Positions 53,129 through 61,747 of a DNA stretch of 64,000 nucleotides are shown one piece after another (within the stretch, counting starts at the first letter, position 1; the number at the start of each line of letters is the position of its first letter). The notes under the pieces are model-generated. The model was not told the origin of the DNA. It saw only the letters and a list, made by a program, of their open reading frames with translations, and searched no databases. The DNA is from an uncultured Candidatus Rokubacteria bacterium (GTDB lineage: Bacteria > Methylomirabilota > Methylomirabilia > Rokubacteriales > CSP1-6). Location: NCBI GenBank assembly GCA_963747235.1, contig CAVVEU010000008.1, positions 544,001 to 608,000 on the forward strand, written 5' to 3'. Made by a program: the position numbers and the translations under genes.

Positions 53129-53931
53129 ACGCGGTGCTCTACGACGTGGCGCTGACCGCCTACATCCTCGCCGCGGCGGCGGCGATCGGCTCGCTCTTCG
53201 GCCGCCGCGACCAGCTCGCGTGGATCGCCCTGCTGCTGACCCAGGCGGGCTGGATCTGCCATACCGCGGCGGTGATCGCCCGGGGCATCGAGCTGGGCCG
53301 CCTGCCGTTCATGACCATGCCGGAGGTGATCTCGCTCGTGATCTGGGCCGCGGTCCTGCTCGACTTCTGGATCGAGCGCCGTCACCGGATCCGACCGCTC
53401 AGCGCCTTCGTGCTCCCGGTGATCCTGGCCCTCGGGCTGGGGCTGCCCACCGGGCTGCGATCGATCGCGCTGGAGACGCCGGTGAAGAGCGGCTGGATCG
53501 TGGTGCACGTGGCGCTGGTGCTGGTGGGCCTCGCCGCGCTCGTGCTGAACTTCGGCATCGCGCTGATGTATCTCCTCCGCGAGCGGCAGCTCAAGCACAA
53601 GCGCACCGGCACGTTCTACCGCCGCCTGCCCCCGCTCGAGACGCTCGACCGGCTCGCGGTGGGCACGCTCACCATCGGGTTTCCCTTCCTCACCGTGGGG
53701 CTGGCCCTGGGCGTGCTCTCCGCCCCCGCCGCGTGGGGGAGCCTGCTCACGTTCGATCCGCTCGCGCTCTTCTCGCTGGTGATGTGGGTGATCTACGCGG
53801 CCACCCTGCTCGGCCGCGTGATGGGACAGTGGGGCGGCCGCCGCGCCGCCTACTACGCCATCGCCGGCTTCTGCGTGCTGCTGGCCACGCTGAGCGCGGG
53901 TGTCTTCCTCCACGGCCGGCACGGGTCCTGA
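53125..53931 (+). CDS. ccsA: Cytochrome c assembly CcsA/HemX-like membrane protein
   Basis: Multiple TM segments with WIVVHV, LPPLETLD, GFPFLT and FDP; directly before hemA. Confidence 0.8.
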   Translation: MNAVLYDVALTAYILAAAAAIGSLFGRRDQLAWIALLLTQAGWICHTAAVIARGIELGRLPFMTMPEVISLVIWAAVLLDFWIERRHRIRPLSAFVLPVILALGLGLPTGLRSIALETPVKSGWIVVHVALVLVGLAALVLNFGIALMYLLRERQLKHKRTGTFYRRLPPLETLDRLAVGTLTIGFPFLTVGLALGVLSAPAAWGSLLTFDPLALFSLVMWVIYAATLLGRVMGQWGGRRAAYYAIAGFCVLLATLSAGVFLHGRHGS

Positions 53932-53939
53932 CGGATCGC

Positions 53940-55241
53940 ATGGCCCCGGGGAGCGTCCTCTTCGTCGCGAGCCTGAACCACCGGACCGCGCCGGTGGCGG
54001 TGCGCGAGCAGCTCGCGCTCGAGGAGGAGAAGATCCGCGAGATCCTCGCGGATCTCACCGGCCGCGGGCTCCTCGACGAGGTCATGATCATCTCCACCTG
54101 CAACCGGGTCGAGGTCTACGGGGTGGCCGCGGTGCCCGGCGAGGCGCGCACCGCCGCGTTCGGGCGGCTCGGCAGCCACCGAGGGCTCCTGTGGCGCGAT
54201 CTCGAGCCGCTCGTCTACACCGCCACCGGCGACGAGGCGGCGCTCCACGCGTTCCGCGTGGCGGCCAGCCTGGACTCCATGATCCTGGGCGAGCCCCAGA
54301 TCCTGGGCCAGGTGAAGGACGCCTTCGCCCTCGCCCAGTCGGCGGGCACCGCGGGGCCGGTGCTCCACGCCCTCATGAGCCAGGCGTTCGGCGCGGCCAA
54401 GCGCGTGCGCACCGAGACCGAGGTCGGGCGGCTGGCGGTCTCGGTCTCCTACGCGGCGGTCGAGCTGGCGCGCAAGATCTTCGACGGGCTCGAGGGCAAG
54501 GCGGTGCTGCTGGTCGGCGCGGGGGAGATGAGCGAGCTGGCCGCCCGGCACCTGGTGGACCACGGCGCGCTTCCGCTGTACGTGACCAACCGGACGTGGG
54601 GCCGCGCCCAGGAGCTGGCCCGCGGGCTGGGCGGGACCGCGGTCCCGTTCGACCAGCTCGCGGCCACTCTCGCCCTGGTGGACATCGTGGTCACCTCGAC
54701 CGCCGCCCCCGAGCCCATCGTCACCGCGGCCCAGGTGCGGGCCGCGCTCGAGAAGCGCCGGACGCGTCCGCTCTTCTTCATCGACATCGCGGTGCCGCGC
54801 AACGTGGAGCCCGCGGTGAACGATGTCGAGAACGCCTTCTGCTACGACATCGACGACCTGCGCTCGGTGGTCGAGGCGAACCTCAAGGAGCGGCAGCGCG
54901 AGGCCCTGCGCGCGCAGGCCCTGCTCGAGGGCGAGGTGGTGAAGTTCGCCGGGCGCCTGCAGCAGCTCGAGGTGGTGCCCACCATCGTGTCGCTGCGGGA
55001 GAAGCTCGAGGCCATCCGTCGCGCCGAGCTGGAGCGGGCGCTCGGGCGCCTGCCCGGCGCGGGCGAGGAGACGCGGCGGGTGATGGAAGCGCTGAGCCAG
55101 GCGATCGTGAACAAGGTGCTGCACGCGCCGATGGTCAAGCTGAAGGACTCCTCGCGCGCCGGCCACGCCCGGCGCTGGACCGAGATGATCTCCGAGCTGT
55201 TCGGGCTGCGCGGCCCCGGCCGGCCCGACTCGCGCGAATGA
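53940..55241 (+). CDS. hemA: Glutamyl-tRNA reductase
   Basis: HRTAPVAVRE, STCNRVE, LDSMILGEPQILGQ, GAGEM, DIAVPRNVE. Confidence 0.95.
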   Translation: MAPGSVLFVASLNHRTAPVAVREQLALEEEKIREILADLTGRGLLDEVMIISTCNRVEVYGVAAVPGEARTAAFGRLGSHRGLLWRDLEPLVYTATGDEAALHAFRVAASLDSMILGEPQILGQVKDAFALAQSAGTAGPVLHALMSQAFGAAKRVRTETEVGRLAVSVSYAAVELARKIFDGLEGKAVLLVGAGEMSELAARHLVDHGALPLYVTNRTWGRAQELARGLGGTAVPFDQLAATLALVDIVVTSTAAPEPIVTAAQVRAALEKRRTRPLFFIDIAVPRNVEPAVNDVENAFCYDIDDLRSVVEANLKERQREALRAQALLEGEVVKFAGRLQQLEVVPTIVSLREKLEAIRRAELERALGRLPGAGEETRRVMEALSQAIVNKVLHAPMVKLKDSSRAGHARRWTEMISELFGLRGPGRPDSRE

Positions 55242-56149
55242 AGATTCGCCTGGGCACGCGGGGCAGCCGCCTCGCGATGGTGCAAAGTGAAGCGGTGGCG
55301 GCGGCGCTGCGCGCCCGCGGCGCCCTGGTCGAGCTCGTGGTGATCAGGACCTCCGGGGACCGCCTCGCTCAGGTCGCGCTCGCCGACTTCGGCGGCAAGG
55401 CGCTCTTCGTGAAGGAGATCGAGGAGGCGCTGCTGGCCGGCCAGGTGGACGTCGGCGTGCACAGCCTCAAGGACATGCCCTCCGAGCTGCCGGCGGCCCT
55501 CACCCTCGGCGCGTTTCCGCTCCGCGAGGACCCGTGCGACGTCCTGCTCGGCCGCCGCGACGGAGGATGGGACGCGCTGCCCGCGGGCGCGGTGGTGGGG
55601 ACGTCGAGCCCCCGGCGCCGTGCGATGGTCCTCGCGCGCCGCCCGGATCTCCGCACCGAGCCGATCCGGGGCAACGTGGACACGCGCCTCGAGAAGCTCC
55701 GCGCCGGTGCCTACGATGCGCTCATCATGGCCGCGGCGGGGCTCAAGCGCCTGGGGCTCAGCCCGTCGCATGCCACGCCGCTCGATCCGGCCGAGTTCGT
55801 GCCGGCGGTGGGGCAAGGGGTGCTGGCTGTCGAAGCCCGCCAAGCCGACCGGGAACTGCTTGAAGTTCTGCGCGCCCTGGACGACACTCGGACGAGGCTG
55901 GCGGCCCTGGCCGAGCGGGCATTCCTGGCCCGGCTCGGTGCGGGATGCCATACGCCCGTGGCGGCCCACGCCCGCCTGGACGGCCCAACCCTGGTGCTGA
56001 CCGGGGTGGTGTCGAGCCCCGACGGGGTGACCATGCTGCGGGCCACTGCGAGCGCGCCCGCGGTGGACGGTGAACGGCTGGGCGTGACGCTGGCGGATGA
56101 TCTCTTGGCCAAGGGGGCGAAGGCGGTTCTCGATGCGAGTCGCGGGTGA
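55238..56149 (+). CDS. hemC: Hydroxymethylbilane synthase
   Basis: GTRGSRLA, GKALFVKEIE, HSLKD, GTSSPRR, RGNVDTRL, GCHTP. Confidence 0.95.
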   Translation: MKIRLGTRGSRLAMVQSEAVAAALRARGALVELVVIRTSGDRLAQVALADFGGKALFVKEIEEALLAGQVDVGVHSLKDMPSELPAALTLGAFPLREDPCDVLLGRRDGGWDALPAGAVVGTSSPRRRAMVLARRPDLRTEPIRGNVDTRLEKLRAGAYDALIMAAAGLKRLGLSPSHATPLDPAEFVPAVGQGVLAVEARQADRELLEVLRALDDTRTRLAALAERAFLARLGAGCHTPVAAHARLDGPTLVLTGVVSSPDGVTMLRATASAPAVDGERLGVTLADDLLAKGAKAVLDASRG

Positions 56150-56156
56150 TCAAGTG

Positions 56157-56954
56157 ATGGCCGAGGCGAGGGGCGGTAAGCCCCTGTCCGGACGAGTCGT
56201 TCTGGTGACCCGAGCGCGCGAGCAGGCCGGCGTGTTCGCCGCGCTGCTCGAGGCCGCCGGGGCCCGGGTGATGCTCGTGCCGACCATCGCCATCGAGCCC
56301 CCCGATTCCTGGGCTCCGCTCGACGCCGCCCTGGCGGCGGAGCACGACTGGGTGGTGTTCACGAGCGTCAACGGCGTGGCCATGGTCCGCCGCCGTGTCG
56401 AGGCCACCGGACAGGGCCGGGCGCTGCTCGAGCGGAGCCGCCTGGCCGCCATCGGCCCCGCGACGGCCGCCGCGCTGCGCGAGTGGGGGCTGACCGCCGA
56501 GGTGGTGCCCGGCGAGTACGTCGCGGAGGGCCTCCTCGATCGGCTGCGTCCGCTGGTGGCACCGGGAGCCCGCGTCCTGCTCCCTCGCGCGGCGGAGACC
56601 CGCGACGTGCTGGTGCGCGAGCTGACCGCGCACGGGGCGCACGTCACCGAGGTGGCCGCCTACCGCACGCGCGCGGCCACCGAGCACGCGGCGGGACTGC
56701 GCGAGGCGCTCGCGGAAGGCCGGGTGGACGTGGTGACCTTCACCAGCTCCTCCACGGTGCGGAGCTTCTGCGCGCTCTTCGACCCGGCCGACTTGCCGGG
56801 GCTCCTCCGGGGCGTGACCGTCGCCTGCATCGGCCCCATCACGCGGGCCACCGCGGAGGGCTGCGGGCTCGCCACCCAGATCGTCCCCGACGACTACACG
56901 ATCCCGGCCCTGGCCCGCGCCATCGTGACCCACTTCGAGCCCGCAAGGAGCTAG
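56157..56954 (+). CDS. hemD: Uroporphyrinogen-III synthase
   Basis: LVTRAREQ, FTSVNGV, AIGPAT, FTSSSTV, CIGPIT. Confidence 0.92.
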   Translation: MAEARGGKPLSGRVVLVTRAREQAGVFAALLEAAGARVMLVPTIAIEPPDSWAPLDAALAAEHDWVVFTSVNGVAMVRRRVEATGQGRALLERSRLAAIGPATAAALREWGLTAEVVPGEYVAEGLLDRLRPLVAPGARVLLPRAAETRDVLVRELTAHGAHVTEVAAYRTRAATEHAAGLREALAEGRVDVVTFTSSSTVRSFCALFDPADLPGLLRGVTVACIGPITRATAEGCGLATQIVPDDYTIPALARAIVTHFEPARS

Positions 56955-56957
56955 CGC

Positions 56958-57941
56958 ATGCCGTTCCCCGTCTATCGTCCCCGCCGGCTTCGAGAGTCGC
57001 CCTTGATGCGCGCCATGGTGCGCGAGACCTCGCTGCGCATCGACGACTTCGTCTATCCGCTCTTCGCGGTCCACGGCCGCGGGGTGCGCGAGCCGATCGC
57101 TTCCATGCCCGGGCAGTACCGGCTCTCGATCGACGAGCTGCTCAAGGAGTGCAAGGACGCCGCGTCCATGGGCATCCCGGCGGTGCTCCTCTTCGGGCTG
57201 CCGCGCGACAAGGACCCGCGCGGCACCGAGGCCTACGCGGAGGACGGGATCATCCAGCAGGCGGTCCGGGCGGTGAAGGACACGATCCCGGACCTGCTCG
57301 TGATCACCGACGTGTGCCTCTGCGAGTACACGAGCCACGGGCACTGCGGGGTGGTGGAGGACGGCCGGATCAAGAACGATCCCACCCTCGAGCTGATCGC
57401 GCGCACCGCGGTCTCCCACGCGGAGGCCGGCGCGGACCTGATCGCGCCGTCGGACATGATGGACGGCCGGGTCGCCGCGATCCGGGAGGGGCTCGACGAG
57501 TCGGGCTTCCCGGAGACGCCGATCATGGCCTACTCCGCCAAGTACGCCTCCGCGTTCTACGGCCCCTTCCGCGAGGCGGCGGACTCCACCCCGCAGTTCG
57601 GCGACCGGCGCTCCTACCAGATGGATCCCGCCAACGCGATGGAGGCGATGCGGGAGGTCGCGCTCGACGTGGACGAGGGCGCCGACATCGTGATGGTGAA
57701 GCCCGCGCTGCCCTACCTCGACGTGATCGCGCGCGTGAAGGGCGAGTTCGGGCTCCCGGTGGCCGCCTACTCGGTCTCGGGCGAGTACGCGATGCTCAAG
57801 GCGGCCGGCCAGCTCGGCTGGCTCGACGAGGACCGCGCGGTGCTGGAGGCCCTGACCGGCATCCGGCGCGCCGGGGCCGACATCATCATCACCTACTTCG
57901 CGAAGGACGCCGCCCGGCTCATCGAGCAGGGCCGCGCGTGA
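56958..57941 (+). CDS. hemB: Porphobilinogen synthase
   Basis: [38 protein letters not shown]. Confidence 0.96.
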   Translation: MPFPVYRPRRLRESPLMRAMVRETSLRIDDFVYPLFAVHGRGVREPIASMPGQYRLSIDELLKECKDAASMGIPAVLLFGLPRDKDPRGTEAYAEDGIIQQAVRAVKDTIPDLLVITDVCLCEYTSHGHCGVVEDGRIKNDPTLELIARTAVSHAEAGADLIAPSDMMDGRVAAIREGLDESGFPETPIMAYSAKYASAFYGPFREAADSTPQFGDRRSYQMDPANAMEAMREVALDVDEGADIVMVKPALPYLDVIARVKGEFGLPVAAYSVSGEYAMLKAAGQLGWLDEDRAVLEALTGIRRAGADIIITYFAKDAARLIEQGRA

Positions 57942-58375
57942 GGATCTCGGCCAAGGGCGAGTACGCCATCAAGGCGATGGTGGATCTCGCCCTGCACGAC
58001 GGCCAGGATCTGCAGCCCATCCAGGACGTCGCGTCCCGCCAGGGCATCCCGCAGCGCTATCTGGAGCAGGTCCTGCTCCAGCTCAAGCGCTCCGGATTCC
58101 TGTACGCGCGGCGCGGGTCGGCGGGTGGCTACCGGCTGAGCCGGCCCGCGGACCAGGTCACGGTGGGTGCGCTCCTGCGGGCGGTGGAGGGCCCGTCCGC
58201 CGCGCCCGATTCGCCGCGACGGGGCGGCCGCGGGGAGGACGTGGCGGGCCTGCACGAGCTGTGGCAGGAGATCGAGGACGCGGTCGCGTCCGTGGTGGAT
58301 CGCACCACGCTCGACGATCTGCGCCGGCGCGCCCTCGACCGGCGGCGCTCCACGCGCCCGATGTACCACATCTAG
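57938..58375 (+). CDS. Rrf2-family regulator (CymR-like, no Fe-S cysteines)
   Basis: [26 protein letters not shown]-terminal MYHI; upstream of cysK. Confidence 0.88.
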   Translation: MRISAKGEYAIKAMVDLALHDGQDLQPIQDVASRQGIPQRYLEQVLLQLKRSGFLYARRGSAGGYRLSRPADQVTVGALLRAVEGPSAAPDSPRRGGRGEDVAGLHELWQEIEDAVASVVDRTTLDDLRRRALDRRRSTRPMYHI

Positions 58376-58386
58376 TTCGCTTGGCC

Positions 58387-58458
58387 AGGCGCAGCCGCGG
58401 CAGGGCGAGGCGAGCCGGAGGCGAGCGGAGCGAATGGAACGATCGAGCCGAACGGATA
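58387..58458 (+). repeat. GA-mismatch hairpin repeat, copy B (apparently nested)
   Basis: Inner unit GCGAGGCGAGCCGGAGGCGAGCGGAGCGAAT (58405-58435) flanked by half-units AGGCGCAGCCG and GAGCCGAACGGATA. Confidence 0.65.
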
Positions 58459-58471
58459 TGAGGATGGGATC

Positions 58472-59417
58472 ATGACGACCAAGCGAGCGACCGCGCCGTC
58501 GCGGCCGAAGATGGCGGGCTCGGTGCTGGAGCTGGTGGGCGGCACGCCGCTGGTGCGCCTCAATCGCATCCCGAAGGCGGGCGGCGCCATGCGTGCTGGC
58601 CAAGCTCGAATCGCTCAACCCGGGCGGGAGCGTCAAGGACCGCATCGCGCTCGCCATGGTCGAGGACGCCGAGCGCCGTGGGGTGCTCAAGGCGGGCGCG
58701 ACCCTGGTGGAGCCCACCAGCGGCAATACCGGCATCGGGCTCGCGATGGTGTGCGCGGTGCGGGGCTACCGCCTGATCCTCACGATGCCCGACGACATGA
58801 GCGCGGAGCGGCAGCGCCTGCTCGCCCGCTACGGCGCCGAGATCCACCTGACCCCGGCCATCGAGGGCATGACCGGCGCCGTCTTCGCGGCCCAGGAGAT
58901 CTGCCGCGAGCATCCCGAGTACTACATGCCGATGCAGTTCGAGAATCCCGCGAACCCCGAGGCGCATCGCCGCACCACCGCGCTGGAGATCCTGGACGCC
59001 ACCGAGGACCGCCTGGACGTCTTCGTCGCGGCGGTCGGCACCGGCGGCACCGTGACCGGGGTGGGCGAGATCCTGAAGGAGCGGCTGCCCGGGGTGCGCG
59101 TGATCGGAGTGGAGCCGGCGCGGTCGCCCGTGCTCTCCGGCGGGCGCTTTCGGCCCCACGGCATCCAGGGGATCGGCGCCTCGTTCGTGCCGGGGGTCCT
59201 GAATCGTTCCGTGCTCGACGACATCATACAGGTGCGCGACGAGGACGCGACGACCATGGCCCGTCGGCTCGCCCGCGAGGAGGGCCTGCTCGTGGGCATC
59301 TCGTCCGGGGCCAACGTGTTCGCCGCCTGCCAGGTCGCGGAGACGCTGCCCGCCGACCAGGTGGTGGTCACGGTGCTGTGCGATACTGGCGAGCGTTATC
59401 TGAGCGTCACCTTCTAG
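58472..59417 (+). CDS. cysK: Cysteine synthase (frameshift near 58590)
   Basis: GGTPLVRL, KLESLNPGGSVKDR, EPTSGNTG, QFENPAN, GTGGT, PHGIQGIG, GISSGA, DTGERYLS. Confidence 0.92.
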
Positions 59418-59427
59418 GAGAGCGGCC

Positions 59428-60204
59428 ATGAGTGTCCAGGTTTACATCCCGACGCCGTTCCGCCGCGCGACCAAGAACATCGACCGGGTCGCCGTCGAGG
59501 CGCCCGACGTGAAGGGCATGCTCGACGAGCTGGAGGATCAGTTCGGCGGCCTGAAGGGCCTGGTCCGCAACGACCAGGGCGAGGTGCACCATCACGTGAA
59601 CATCTACGTGAACAACGAGGCCATCGAGGCGCTGCAGGGGCTCGAGACCACGCTCAAGGACGGCGACGAGGTCTCGATTATCCCTGCCCTGGCGGGCGGC
59701 GGGCCGGCCCTGGCGCGGGCGGCCGAGGGTGATCGCGGCGGGATGATCCTGACCCCCGAGGAGCTCGCCCGCGTGCGCGCGCAGGCCGAGACCGAGTATC
59801 CCGCGGAATGCTGCGGTGTGCTGCTGGCCCGCTCGGCGCCCGCGTCCGATCGGGCGCTCATGCCCTGCCGCAACATCCAGGACGAGCTCCACGCGCAGGA
59901 CCCCGCGCGGCATCCGCGCGATTCGCGGACCGCCTACTTCATCGACCCGAAGGATCTGCTCGCCATCGGGCGGCGCGAGTCGCAGGGCTACCGGGTGGCC
60001 ACCATCTATCACTCCCACGTGGACACCGGCGCGTACTTCTCGCCGACCGACCGGCAGAACGCCCTCATCAACGGTGAGCCGTCCTATCCCGACGCGGTCT
60101 ACGTGGTGCTCTCGGTGCTCGCGGGGCGTGTCGCCGACGCGGCCGCGTTCGTCTGGGATGTCTCCGCTCGCGATTTCGTCCCCACCGACTTCCCGAAGCC
60201 CTGA
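59428..60204 (+). CDS. MoaD/ThiS/CysO ubiquitin-like sulfur carrier in frame with a JAMM/Mov34 (Mec-like) peptidase
   Basis: [28 protein letters not shown], a linker, then MILT..YPAECCG..YHSHVD...FSPTD (internal ATG at 59743). Confidence 0.85.
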   Translation: MSVQVYIPTPFRRATKNIDRVAVEAPDVKGMLDELEDQFGGLKGLVRNDQGEVHHHVNIYVNNEAIEALQGLETTLKDGDEVSIIPALAGGGPALARAAEGDRGGMILTPEELARVRAQAETEYPAECCGVLLARSAPASDRALMPCRNIQDELHAQDPARHPRDSRTAYFIDPKDLLAIGRRESQGYRVATIYHSHVDTGAYFSPTDRQNALINGEPSYPDAVYVVLSVLAGRVADAAAFVWDVSARDFVPTDFPKP

Positions 60205-60212
60205 CCGACCCC

Positions 60213-61537
60213 GTGCCCGACTCCGACGCTCTGTTCAAGGCCGCGCAGCGCCTGATGCCGGGCGGCGTCAACAGCCCGGTGCGCGCCTTCCGCGGCGTGG
60301 GCGGCACGCCCTTCTTCGTGGCGCGCGCCGAGGGCGCGCGGCTCGTGGACGTGGACGGCCGGTCGTACGTGGACTTCCTGGGCTCGTGGGGCCCGCTGAT
60401 CCTGGGGCACGCGGCGGCGCCGGTGGTCGAGGCGGTGAGCGAAGCCGTCCGGCGCGGCACCAGCTACGGCGCCCCCACCGCGGGCGAGGTGGAGATGGCC
60501 GAGCTGATCCAGCGCGCGGTGCCCTCGATGGAGATGATGCGGCTCGTCTCCTCCGGCACCGAGGCGGCCATGAGCGCGCTGCGCGTGGCCCGGGGCGCCA
60601 CCGGCCGCGACTTCATCCTCAAGTTCGAGGGCTGCTACCACGGCCACGCCGACAGCCTCCTCGTCAAGGCGGGCTCGGGCGGCGCGACGTTCGGGGTGCC
60701 CGACAGCCTGGGCGTGCCGCCCGCGCTCGCGGCGCTGACCCTCACGGTGCCGTTCAACGACCTGGACGCGGTCCGGCGGCAGCTCGAGGCGCATCCGGAC
60801 CAGGTCGCGGCGGTGATCGTGGAGCCGGTGGCGGGCAACATGGGCGTGGTGCCGCCCGCGCCGGGTTTCCTCGCCGGGCTGCGCGACCTCGCCACGCGCC
60901 ACGGCGCGCTCCTGATCTTCGACGAGGTCATCACCGGGTTCCGCGTGGGCTGGGGTGGGGCCCAGGCCCTCTACGGGGTGCGCCCGGATCTCACGTGCCT
61001 CGGCAAGATCATCGGCGGCGGGCTCCCGGTCGGCGCGTACGGCGGATCGCGCGCGGTGATGGAGCGCGTCTCGCCGCTGGGCGGCGTCTACCAGGCGGGC
61101 ACGCTGTCCGGCAATCCGCTCGCGGTGGCCGCGGGCCTGGCCACGCTCCGCGCGCTGGAGCGGCCGGGCGTCTACGAGCGGCTCGAGGCGCTGGGCGCTC
61201 GCGTCGAGCGCGACGTGGCCGACGCCGCCCGCGCGGCGGGCGTCCCGGTGCGGATCAACCGGGTGGGGTCGATGCTCACCGTGTTCTTCACGGACGGCCC
61301 CGTGACCGACTACGCCTCGGCGAAGCGGGCGGATACCGCGCGCTATGCGCGGTACTTCCACGCGATGCGGGAGGGGGGCGTGTTCCTCGCGCCCTCGCAG
61401 TTCGAGGCCGCGTTCGTGTCCCTGGCGCACGGGGAGGAGGACCTCGCGGCGGCCGCGCGGGCTTGCCGGGGGGCGATGGAGGCTGCAGGGCGAGGCGCAG
61501 CCGAAGGCGAGCCGAGCGGATACAGAAAAGAAGCTAA
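60213..61537 (+). CDS. hemL: Glutamate-1-semialdehyde 2,1-aminomutase (3' end uncertain; as sequenced the ORF runs to 61751)
   Basis: [50 protein letters not shown]. Confidence 0.93.
61490..61522 (+). repeat. 33-nt GA-mismatch hairpin repeat, copy C
   Basis: GCGAGGCGCAGCCGAAGGCGAGCCGAGCGGATA at the 3' end of hemL. Confidence 0.75.
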
Positions 61538-61608
61538 GGGTCGGCAGCCCACGGCGGCCGCCCCGTCCTGGATCGCGGCAAGCTGCCCCGCTTTTCGCCA
61601 ACCGGTTA

Positions 61609-61644
61609 TTGACACCCGGATTTTCCACGTGATAGGGTTCACAA
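61609..61644 (+). promoter_or_regulatory. sigma70-type promoter overlapped by a Rex/CRP-like box
   Basis: TTGACA-18 nt-TAGGGT; ACGTGA-TAGGGT-TCACAA at 61627-61644. Confidence 0.55.
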
Positions 61645-61747
61645 GGCTGGAGCCCGGAAACACGTTTCTTGCCCCGGTCTTCATCCTCAGCACGCCTCGT
61701 CGAAGGAGTCTGTTCACCCGGCTGCGCCGAGCAGGGCGGAGGAGTGG

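Noticed and set aside
29932-61522. Repeats as a CRISPR array or IS ends
   Set aside because: The copies are dispersed with no regular spacers, and the window contains no cas or transposase gene.
61645-61747. Possible Moco/Wco riboswitch in the leader of the molybdopterin-family gene
   Set aside because: Only fragmentary resemblance (GAAAC, GAAGG); the conserved stems could not be built by eye. An Rfam scan would settle it.
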